A stretch of 64,000 nucleotides of DNA. Origin: Octopus bimaculoides. Its lineage: Eukaryota. Both the position numbers and the translations under genes were made by a program. The stretch covers positions 15,378,607 to 15,442,606 of the forward strand of contig NC_068984.1 in assembly GCF_001194135.2 (NCBI RefSeq), in the 5' to 3' direction. Below are positions 41,190-53,800 of this stretch, piece after piece. The first letter of the stretch is position 1. The number at the start of each line of letters is the position of its first letter. Under the pieces are notes generated by a model, which saw only the letters and a program-made list of their open reading frames with translations, did no database searches and had not been told where the DNA came from.

Positions 41190-44100
41190 TTATGTGTTTC
41201 AGCCAAGTGGCTGCGGTCATGCTGGTGCACCACCGTGGGTGCACTATATATATATAGTTAAATATAATATAGACACAAAAGAATATGATACTAGTAAAGG
41301 AATGTTTCTCTAACTGAAAATATGAAAACATATATGGAGGAGGGGGAGTTCAAACATGACCTGATCCTAAGGAGGTGGATAAGTTCTTCTGGTATAAAGA
41401 TTTTGATATTGCTAAAACATATTACATCTATATATGTGATGTAATAAGCAAACCTGGGGACAACAAAGATTCAACAGTGAGATAAAAATAAAAGAGAACA
41501 ATGCATGTGGATAGACTGGGGAATGTAAATTGAGAAGTTTAGCATGAAAGAAGAGAAGGGAATTTACCCTTTGCAGAAAGAACGCCAACAATTTTTGCAT
41601 TCAAATTTTTGAAATAAACATTTTTTCTAGAGAAAACTTTAGACATCTTAACTCTAGGATCAGTTAACAGAAAGACATTATTCAAATGGCGTTAGGAAGG
41701 GCATCCAGCTGTAGAAACTCTGCCAAATCAGACTGGAGCCTGGTGTTGCCATCCGGTTTCACCAGTCCTCAGTCAAATCGTCCAACCCATGCTAGCATGG
41801 AAAGCGGACGTTAAACGATGATGATGATGATGATGATGATATTGAGCAGGGTGAACAACAAATTTGAGAATGAAAGGAATTACTTATCAAAAACATGCTA
41901 ATTTGGTTGCATACTGCAAACAGAAAATTAAACTTCAGAATTTTCAGATTCAATTAAATAAAATCATGTTCTCTTAAATTTTTCAACTGAATCAGTAAAG
42001 GCTATGATAAAAAGGGCAGTGACAGAACGATATGGATGGTCACCAGAAAGAATGGAGATGTTCAAAGATTAACATAGTCTTGGTGACCTGAAATATACAG
42101 GCTACCATTACAATAATAAATTAAGCCATATTATTTAAATAAGAATCGACATCACAAATATACGTATGACTAGTTTAATAATGCTAAATGGCAATGTATG
42201 GCTCAATATAACAGGTAAATTGACATAAAACCTACAAGTACAGAAATATTGACTACAGTATTACAATCATAATTGCAATCTATATTAGTATCAAAATAAT
42301 CTTCACACTAATTTGAAATGAAAATATTTAACTATCATAAGTATAGCTGTTTCTAATAACTTTATAAGGATTCTAATGTTATATCCTTCTAAATATCGAC
42401 ACCCAAGAAAAATGGACATTTAGATAAAGAAGTACAAAATGAATACAAATGGACAAGAGAGCCTGTATGTTTGGCGAGTTAAACAAGAGCTTTCAGGTAC
42501 GTAAATTCTAACTATTTAGAAGAAGGGAAGAAAAAGAAAAAAAACAGACTAGAGAGAAGGTACCCCATGAAAAATAGTGTTTGATTCATCTTTTGCTTAT
42601 TACATCATTTGTTCCATCAGTCATATAGGATTTATAAGTTGCACAAAACACATAATCTTTACATTTTAAGTATTCTAATCAAAGGAAAAATTTCTTTTAA
42701 TCATGAAATATTCTAAATTGTCTTCCTGTGGGGCAATTAATATTTTAAAAAAAAGACAAATGGATGCAAAGAAAAAGTTTTATGAATCTGTAAATGGGCT
42801 CTGTATAATGAATTTTAAATGGAATGTCAAAAATATAAGTGACGAGACGAGTCATGCTATTTGACAGTAAAAACATTTATCCTCACATAAAAGACGATTT
42901 TTGTTAAATAAATGATTTACTGTTATTGTTTGCCATACACAAGTTCAGAAGTTGTCAATGTTGCAAAAAATATAAGGTATTCTGTTTAATTATATATTAA
43001 CTCGAAACAAAGTTTAAGCCGCTAGCTTGTGAAAAGTAAAAGCAGTAGCCATGCGAAAATGGCAAATTATTAATCATTTGAAAATAAAAATAGCTTCTAA
43101 ATATGCAAAACAATGGAACAAAATTCATTTAAAAAGACAATTGGGTGATTACATACAATGAAGTTATTTAAAAACACGTTATAACATAAAACAGTAAAAA
43201 TACATGTATATAAAAGAGACAAAAAAAAAAACAAGAGAAAGGTTTAAAAAATAAAATCACACAAAAATTTTTAATTTGATTTCTGTGCAAGAAGAAAATA
43301 ATGTAAAAAAAATTTTTCATTTAGCCCCCATGCTTTTTGAAATAAACAGAAACATGCCAAAGAAAAAATTTATTGTGGGAAAATGTGTAATAAAAGTCAA
43401 TTTTGTTTTTTGTTTTTTTTTTAAATTTTAGANNNNNNNNNNTGTTTAAAATCTTGAATTTTCTGGGAGCAGGAGATGTTAGACAAAAAAAAACTAGTTT
43501 TTCAGAAACGAGTCCAACATTCGGAGGGGCCTGAATCTATTGGTTTTTAACTTGTTGGATCTGGAGGAAGGAACAAGGCACACAAATTCCTAGAATAGTG
43601 GAATTGATGCCAACACCTGTGAGAAACATAATCAAGCTGCAAGTTCCAGAGGGTTAACTTTAAGGGGACAGAAAGGACAGAGCACAGCAAGGATGATGGG
43701 AAAAGGAGAGGTGAGTGAGATGGGAGTGCCTGAGTGAGGCAGAGAGGCGACAGTACACATGTGGGCCAGAGGCTAGAGTGAATAACTTTATGCCAATCAA
43801 TCAGGTGGCTCTTTCCTGAATGTAGTCTGGGAAGGATGTTTATAATGTTAAGACAATTTGAAATACAGGAGTAAGCCTTACCTCCAAAATAAACAATACA
43901 AGAGAAATTGTTGGGGGAAAGCAGATTTGTTATACTAGTAATTAATGGGTTAATGAGGTGTGGGGGATATTAGGATGGAATTAAAAGTTCTAAGTTGAAA
44001 TAAGCCTCCTTTGTAAGCAATGAAAACCTTGTCACAGTCAATTAAGATCAACCAAAAACATGAAGTTGAAACAGAAGGGTTTAAGTTCCAGATACTAACT

Positions 44101-47100
44101 CAAGGTGAATATAGTGAAAATTAGAGCATAAGTAACGAGTAGAATGTTACAAACGTTAATTAGAAAAACATTCAGATTCATTATTAAAAACTGAAAGGGG
44201 CTCAATATTATGTATGCAAATATATTCAATGGATATAGATTAGCTTGATTAATGCTACAAACAATTTTAAAATCTACCTCTTGCATTAGTACAACCAACA
44301 GTCCAATTGGTTAAGGACCAAAGATTGTCTGAATAGGCCTTGAGAAATACTAGTATGTCTTAGGGGCAGAGTAAATAATAGCTCAATGTCTGTTGCAGTA
44401 AGCGGATAGTAGTTTTATTGATAACAAAACCTGTTAGATACTGGAGTAATTTCAAATCAACAAAGACAACTTTTTCTTACAATATAAAAAGGGAGGAACA
44501 ACCTATAATTCATTGGATATGAACACAAACTAGAACCAAAATGAAAGTGGATTGAGGAAGTAACTACATCCAAGAGGATTAGTTGTTGCAATAAAGACAA
44601 GGATATGATGTGTATAGATTATGCATGCTAAGAAAAGAAAAATAAAACAGGGCAAAAAAAAAAATCGAGAAGTATGCTAATATGCATATCCTCCCAGCCC
44701 ACAGAAGTATGGAAAAATGCATATTAAGTTGCTGTTATTGCTGCTGGCAGAGCTAAAAGACATGAGATAATTAAAAAGTAGAATTACTAGTCTAATTGTA
44801 TTGATACAAGTGTTACATATGTTATTAACATTAGAGCTAAAAACAATAGAAGTATTGATTGTGCAACAAGCTCTAGTGTTTTGCTCATTATATGCACTTG
44901 CACAAACACATTCTGCGGCTGTACATGTACATATATATATATATATATATANNNNNNNNNNNNNNNNNNNNNNNNNNNNNNNNNNNNNNNNNNNNNNNNN
45001 NNNNNNNNNNNNNNNNNNNNNNNNNNNNNNNNNNNNNNNNNNNNNNNNNNNNNNNNNNNNNNNNNNNNNNNNNNNNNNNNNNNNNNNNNNNNNNNNNNNN
45101 NNNNNNNNNNNNNNNNNNNNNNNNNNNNNNNNNNNNNNNNNNNNNNNNNNNNNNNNNNNNNNNNNNNNNNNNNNNNNNNNNNNNNNNNNNNNNNNNNNNN
45201 NNNNNNNNNNNNNNNNNNNNNNNNNNNNNNNNNNNNNNNNNNNNNNNNNNNNNNNNNNNNNNNNNNNNNNNNNNNNNNNNNNNNNNNNNNNNNNNNNNNN
45301 NNNNNNNNNNNNNNNNNNNNNNNNNNNNNNNNNNNNNNNNNNNNNNNNNNNNNNNNNNNNNNNNNNNNNNNNNNGTATTCTGTTTACATATTAAGTTGTT
45401 GCCTTCATTCCTAACATAAACACAAATCCTAGTGAGGTTTATAAATGACCCATGTTACTTGACTGATACCATTTTATCAGTCCCAGAAGACTCGGCAGGC
45501 TTTGTAAAGAATCATAACAATATACCACAAGGCATTTGTCTTAAACTCATCTAATTTCTGCCAATCCACTATCTGGAACAATCGAATGTTAAAAGGAGAT
45601 TTGTAAATTACAAATCCACTATGTTTACAAAAATTGTAAAATATTAACTTTGATTCCCCTCCTCCTCCTCCTCCCATAGGTTAAACACATTTTGAAAAGG
45701 AATCAGCTAAATAACTTGTTACTCACCTTAAGTGGTTTGCAATTTTCCCGAATATACCGCCCAGATGAGTTTTTTTCATCCCAGTCCAGTTTCCCATGGT
45801 AGAAATACTTGCTTTTTCTTTGGAGATAAATATGGGGAGTGTGGGGTTAGGGATTAGAAAAACAAACAAACAAACAAAGCCGTATGAGCTAATGAGAATA
45901 GCCATGCAGCATGCTACCCAAGTCAAACTACATTCAGTTCAATGGAAACAACTAATAAAAGGTAAGTTATATTAGTATTGAAACAAATTATGAATGCTGG
46001 CAGCAAAAAGAAAAGTGGTAAACTAATCAACTAAAGAGACAAAAATTTATGGGGTGGGAACTTGGGTTGTTACCAAGAGCTTGTACTAAATATGCTGGGA
46101 GATTAATAAATAACAAATTAGAAGTTTGGTCAGAAGAATAAAAATACAAACAGAACTTGCAGGCAGATTCAAGGATCCACAAAACACATGCATTGCCCCA
46201 CTGGCAACTACTACCAAATTTAAATGGCTAACTGAAGAAACAATTGAAAGGAAATTTGAACAAGCAAGTAAACAACATTAGTCCCCAGTGAAAAGATTTT
46301 AAGTGCTGAGCTTAAATAAAAAAATTGTGAATTAAGATTATTGAAAGAGTACATGGAAAACTATCTAGTCAGGAATGGATTAAAATAGAGTTAAACCAAA
46401 ATATAACTATTCTAGAAATATCAGTGTCACCTCCCAAAGAAGGCTTACAAGATAAGATTTTTACTTCTTCAGATATAACCTTAGAAAATTTTGGAAAAGA
46501 TCACCTTGAGAAAATAATTTGTATATTTTAGGACATTTTTTTTATTAAGTTGACACATAAATAAATGAAACTTGGCAATTTTGTTTATCCCCCAAAAAAC
46601 GAAGCTTGTTTTCAACGAAGAGATTTTACATTAGAAAGAGTTTAAGTTTAGAAATGTATTTATTACCTACAAGACAACACACCAAAAGTGTTGTGAACAA
46701 ATTAGTTGTTACCTGCTGGCACATTGCCCAAACATCATACACTTCAGTGGTTTCTTACAGTTGGAAAATAGTAAGTCATGCACTATAGTGCACTTATGGT
46801 AGTAGTTACAGAGAAGGCTGAGCATGTACTTACATAAAGTGGTTTACAGTTCTCCCTTACATATCTCCCAGCAGAAGTAGTCGAGTCCCAATCAAGGCGA
46901 CCATGCCAGAAGTAATTTGTTCTTAAAACAATAGGAACAAAATGACAAGTGAATTTTATTATAATTAAAGTTTACTTCAGGGTTATTATAATTTGAAAAT
47001 AAATCATCATTTATGAATTTTCTTTAAACTTGTGTTTCAAAATCAACAATGTCTTTGACTCATGTAATATTTACTCAATGTAAATTGCACAAGATGCCAC

Positions 47101-47703
47101 AGAATCATTTTAAATCTACTAAATATTACAACAGGAATACAAAATACATTCCATGTAAATTGTCTTTTCTTTTCTTTTTTTTTTTTGTTAATTGCACTTT
47201 GAAGAAACAAATAAACTGGTGCTTTTACACAAAAATAATTTGTATTTATTTGTTCAGCCAAAGTTCCACTGACAGCCTCTTGTCACTCTCACAGACAGTG
47301 AACCAATGATTATCCCACTGGAAAACTGTAACCAACAATGCTACAGTTCATAAAATGCAATTTAAAGTTTAAAAGATCGGTTATAACAGGACTTTGTTAT
47401 AAAAACAAAAAATTTGCTTGAAGTTGTTTGATATGCAAGTAATTACATTTTATCATATTTGAGCCATGACACTACCTTATAAACTAATTTATGAAATCAT
47501 TTTATCATATTGTCAATACAACTTTTATTGACATCTTGTGTACATTTCAACATTTCTGCATTCTTTTAATAAGCAGGTAATTACATTGCTATATTCTATC
47601 CCTACATTATTAATTGTATCTAACCCTATTGAATTATATAAGAAATTAATACCCTAAAAAAATCTAGCATGCTTTTATCTCCTAGCATTTATGCACTGAT
47701 GTA

Positions 47704-47745
<42 letters not shown>

Positions 47746-50700
47746 TTTAACAATAATTTACAATATTAATATTCTAAAGTTGGACTGATTCCAAGAGTTC
47801 ACTGAACTACTTTTAGAAATAAATACCTATGTATTTCTGCTGCACATCAAACATAAATATCAATTACAGGAAAATTTCTTTATGAAATTTGGACTAATTA
47901 AATTAGGGAGAAAGATAATAATAAAAAGAAACACCAATATGAAATGTCATGATACACTTTTGAAAATATAATTGCTTAACAATTAAAGTAATATATGTTG
48001 TAATAAATGTTAATGATTCATTATGCAACACCCCACCCCACCCAATATTACTGTCAAATTTAAAGTTAGAAAAAATATATTTATAAAATAATCACAGTTT
48101 ATCAATTAAAATATTATTTCACCTATTTAAGTTAGATTTTTGTTCTATAACCATCCTTTCTAATGTCCAATATTATTAACTTTAAGTCAATAAGCTTACC
48201 GAGATCTTTTTGCCATCCGATATGGTATACTGCCCAGTATCCGTTCCATCATTGCCAAATGCTCCTTATTGTCATGTGTCTAACCCAAAACAAAAAAGTA
48301 AATGTCAAAGCAGCCAATACAAGGTTAATTGTGTGTTCACACTAAATATATTTAAGACAAAATACAAAGATTAACAAGTATAATATATATTTTAAAAAAA
48401 TAACATTTTGCTAAGAAGTAGAATTAAAAAACAAAAATACATGTCAGCATGTCTATGTATAATTTCAAGAAAATATACAAAACTAAATCAATAATGTTGC
48501 CTATTCTATTGACTATAGAACAACAGTAATAGTCATAATGGTTTGCAAGAATTACAGTAAAATCAAATTCAGGATAAAATTCATATAGAGGCTGAAAAGA
48601 ATACTCGCAAAATAGCAAATAGCAAGTAAGTGTAACTTTGACAGGCAAAAAGTTTAATTAATAAACATCATACTATTATATAATTTAATAAACATTAAAA
48701 AAATAAGCATTAAAGCAATTTACCTGAAATAATGTGTATCCTGTGTATAGCTCAAACATGATACAACCTATACTCCACACATCACAGGGTTGAGACCAAC
48801 CTAATTCTAAAATTACAAAGAGAAAAATATCAGTTATGCAGAAAATTATTGCAGAGACACAGAGATATCATCTTTTTTTAATGTCTGCCTTCCATGTTGG
48901 CATACATATAAATACAAAGAAGTATTGATAGATAAATACAAATCATTGCAAGAAAAAAAATTCTTAATGTAAGGGCTGATTAAATCTAGCTTTACTTCTT
49001 ATTTAAGATCAAGGTCAGTCTTTGTATGAGACAAAGTCAGCAAAGAAAATTTCATTGAAAGGTTTCAACCAAGATTTATGGAATTTAAAACTAACATCAT
49101 TTAATGTTCGTATTCCATGCTGGCATGGGTTGGGTGGTTTGACAGAACTTGCTCCAGTGACTGCTTTGGCATGGTTTCTACAGCTACTATGACGTCCTAG
49201 CTCATCAGGCTACATTTGTTCTCAAAACCTCAAGTATACATATAGTTGATGTTCACTTCCAGTTATTGTAGCAACTTAACCCAGGTGAAGAATCTAAGTT
49301 GGTACACAGATCTCTCTCTCTCTTCAGCCAGGTAACCTTGTACTTCTTCAACAGCAAGAAACCTGTTTCTGTGTCTGTCTCACTATAGCCTTTCATCATC
49401 CGACACAAGATCACTTCCTCTTGAAAGTGTTTTTTTTTTTTTTTTTTTTTTTTTGTCTTGCAAGTACTTGGTGACCCTATCAGTGCAGGTGCTACTTAAA
49501 AGCACCCAGTCCACACTGTAAAGTGGTTGGTGTTTGGAAGGGCATCCAGCTGTAAAAACCTTGCCAAAACTGACCTTAACTGTACTTGTGCCACGTAAAA
49601 AGCACTAAGTCCACTCTGCTGAGTGGATGGTGTTAGGAAGGACAACCAGCTGTAAAATTCCTGCCAAAACAGTCACAGAAGTCCGGTGCAGGCTTCTGCC
49701 TGGCCGGCTCTTGTGAAATCATCCCACCCATGCTAGCATGGAACACGAACATTAAACAACGATGATGATGATGATGATGATGAATCACCAAAGCTGCAAT
49801 ACTTAAAACCAGGTAAATCTATCTGTTGAGAGCTAAGTGTATTGATCTCAGAAACAAGACTTACAGTTGCACTGAACTCGTCAGCAAGTTGTCCCATTTA
49901 TGCTCACAAAAAAAGGTAAATGATTCATAACAACTTTAATGCTCAAGTATCATTAGAATCATTACATCAGCATCTGGTGAATCCAGAATGTGGGCTCCAG
50001 CAGGGCAACATTTTCAATAGGGAACCAACCACATTCCAAAGTGAATGTGTATTGCTTTTACCAAACTAACTAAGTTTTATTCCAAAAGTTTCAAATCTAA
50101 ACCCATTCAAATTAAAGTAATTTCACTACTTCAACTGTAATATGGAACTTCTACTGGAGAAACCACAACACTCCAGAAAGTACAATTAAAATAACAAGCA
50201 ATAAAGACTAACACTTCATATAAGTGGGTGGTGGTGATAAAACATTTTTATATTTTCAAAATGTCCAAGACCCATTTTCCAAACTTTCACCATTTAATTC
50301 TTTTTAAGTTCTAAGTTTCTGAATGGATGGATAGAGTATCAATGATGAATCAGTCATGTACTGGCAATTGAATTGTGTCTGAAGTTGAGTTCATTTATCA
50401 AGCTCATCATTTTCGATCGATACTTCTCCAGCTGTTACAAATTAATTCCTTTTGTATCGTCTGAGAAACTATCTATAAAACTGCAATAAATGTAAACAAG
50501 GCTAGCAATTCCCAAGTAAAAGAAAACCATAATACACTTACCCAAAATAACTTCAGGAGCTCTATAATGCCTCGTTGATACAATAGTGCTGTGGTGTTCA
50601 TGATCAAATGTTGCAGATCCAAAGTCTATTAATCTTATATCTGTATTTTTTACTCTCCGCATATCTCGCCTCTAGAAAATGTAAAATACGAAACAAAGAT

Positions 50701-50764
50701 GAAAAACATATTTCATGAGAAAATAATTACAATCAAGCACATGCTCTCAATTATGTACAGATTG

Positions 50765-50802
<38 letters not shown>

Positions 50803-53800
50803 GATGCAGATAAAAACAATATTACCTTTTTAGCATTATATGATACTTCAAAATCGGAGTTAACGAAAAGTATGTTTTCTGGTTTCAAGTCTGTATGCGT
50901 GAGCTGGTTCTCATGGAGGACTAAAAAAGAGGGGAAAAGGCTATTTACTGTTTTGTACAAACACACAGAGATTATAACTTTATAATCAAAATAAACTAAC
51001 CATTTAATAATTCTAACCATTTTAGTTTGAACGAATTAAATATTTGCTTACTGAAATAAAGAAAAGACCCATATGGGAAAATTTTATTGTTAAATTATAA
51101 TCTAAGAATGAAAACTAATTCAATTGGTAAGATGTAAAATAAATGTATTCATCAAAGTAAAACTCCAGGAATAAGTCTACGTTAATCAAACCTTTCTCAT
51201 CAATCTGTCCTTTCTGCCACCACTACAACCGCTAGTACCCTACAGAGACACCTGGGTGCATATCCCACCCCCACCATTTCTCATCCAACTAACCTTATCT
51301 TCCCAGAACAGCAACCCTTCCTACCTATGCCTTCAACCCCGCCTTGAGCCTCAGGACTCACAAGTCCAGTTAGCTGGTTTCAATGGCACATGAGTAACTG
51401 AGATTACAATACTCTCCCTGAATGGGACGCCAGTCCATGGTAGGGGCTCAAGGCCGGCAATTTTTTTGAGAAAAGAGGAAGTCAATTACATTGACCCAGT
51501 ACTAGTCTGGTATTTTATTTTATCAGCCCCCCCCCCCCCCNNNNNNNNNNNNNNNNNNNNNNNNNNNNNNNNNNNNNNNNNNNAAGGGGATGAAAGATAA
51601 AGTTGGCCTTGGTGAGATTTGAACTCAAAATGTAGCGAACCACAAGAAATGCTTAGCATTTTGTCCAATATGGTAACAATTCAGCCAGCTCACCAATGTT
51701 TTCCCTATGGATATCAACTGACAGTTATTCAAGCTAAACAGCAATCATATCAATTTCAGTCTTGCAAAGCATTACAAAAGTCACAGATACACCTTGTTCC
51801 CCTGACTACATGAAAAATGAAAAGGTTCATGGATTATAAAAACAGAAATTTATTGAAACTTACAATTTACTGCATAGCACAACTGATAGGAGATATTTCG
51901 AACTTGATCGAGAGGATATGGATAATAAGTGTTGTCTTTCTGCAGAAGAAAAGTTTTTAAAATTGCATTAAGTAACATGTGCAGACGTATGCAGACTAAT
52001 AATATAAATCTCACATCTTAGGCATATTACCCACACCACCACCAATTAAAATTAAAAGATAAAAAAAAAACAAAAAAAATTTAAATATTAAACATAGCAA
52101 ATTAAATTTGGTAAAAGAACTCATTTTTCTGTAACTTACCAAAAAATCAAATACACTAAGACCAAGCATATCAAATGCTATACACATATGCCCATGATAA
52201 TCGAACCAATCCAGCATCCGTACACACAAACTGAAAAAGAAATTATAAATTTAAACTTACAAACTGTGTCTAGACAAAGAGAAAAAGAAGAAAAAATCCT
52301 TATGCAATAATCCTATTCACTCCCCAGACCTTTATTTCAAAAGTTTTTGGAAAATTTTACATTTCAGATTCAACTCTTTCATATTTATGTATGCACATGC
52401 AAACAAGTTGCAATGTTTCCTGCATGAATGCAACGCATGAACTGCATGTTTAAGACATAATTGAGCATAAATAAATTAAATAATAATATAAATTTTACAT
52501 TTTGTATGGGACTGTTAAAAGGAGAGTATATACATACTGTATGTATTCTGTTTACAGCTTTGATTTTTAAAATATGCTCTGACATAAGTAGCAGGGAGTT
52601 TACCATGATGCATAATGCATCTATGTACAAAGAGAAGCTGAAGGTTCACCTCTGGTTAAAATCTAACTTTAAACAGTTACAAAAAAAAATAATAATAAAA
52701 TGTGTGTGTGTGTGTGTGCGCGTGTACGTGTGCATATACATACACACATATACACACACATGCAAATTGAGTTGATGCCAATCCATTAAATACAAGACTT
52801 GTATTGATTTATTCTATATTGTTCAGCTGACATTTTACTTATGGAATCAGATTAATGGTCTGGGTTGAACTGTGACTTGTTTTTTTTGTTTTTTTTTAAA
52901 TATTAAAATTACTAATAGATAATAAAACTAGGATTAAAGAAAAAAAAACGTATCCCCACCTTGTACCAACTAATTCTTCCAGCTGTTTCTCTTTCAGTTT
53001 ACCTAAGTTTACTACAATTACACCAATACTCTGCTACTTGGAATTTTCTACCTTAATCTTACTTCAAGCTATTCTCCTCCTGCTATGACTTGCTTTGCCA
53101 GAGAGATGAAGAAAGTCACATATATCCCCCATACACCACCACCCCACTACTAATCTATCTTGAACATCATTTTCCCTTCAAACAGTAATTTTCTAAATGA
53201 AACACAAATTTAGTCATTACCTTGCAGTGTATTTGGATACACACACACACACACACACACANNNNNNNNNNNNNNNNNNNNNNNNNNNNNNNNNNNNNNN
53301 NNNNNNNNNNNNNNNNNNNNNNNNNNNNNNNNNNNNNNNNNNNNNNNNNNNNNNNNNNNNNNNNNNNNNNNNNNNNNNNNNNNNNNNNNNNNNNNNNNNN
53401 NNNNNNNNNNNNNNNNNNNNNNNNNNNNNNNNNNNNNNNNNNNNNNNNNNNNNNNNNNNNNNNNNNNNNNNNNNNNNNNNNNNNNNNNNNNNNNNNNNNN
53501 NNNNNNNNNNNNNNNNNNNNNNNNNNNNNNNNNNNNNNNNNNNNNNNNNNNNNNGACGAAACTCTCATAAAATACATGTCCCATAAGAAAATTCTTTTGG
53601 AAAAATGAGCAGAAAAATCTCATAATGAAAAGCTCTTATTAATAACAATCACCAACAACACTTCAATGGTTGTGTGGTCATTCTCAATGTGCTAAAAATA
53701 GCAACCATCTCTTTAATCACACCATACTGCCTTAAGAAAGAAGGACACACTGGGCAACATAGTTCTAGATATACAAAATGATGACTGAAATGCCAGACCA

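Noticed and set aside
47230-47320. Cryptic acceptor ttttccag|TGGG and possible docking pair with 46741-46765
   Set aside because: No kinase homology, no donor, and the complementary blocks are not colinear.
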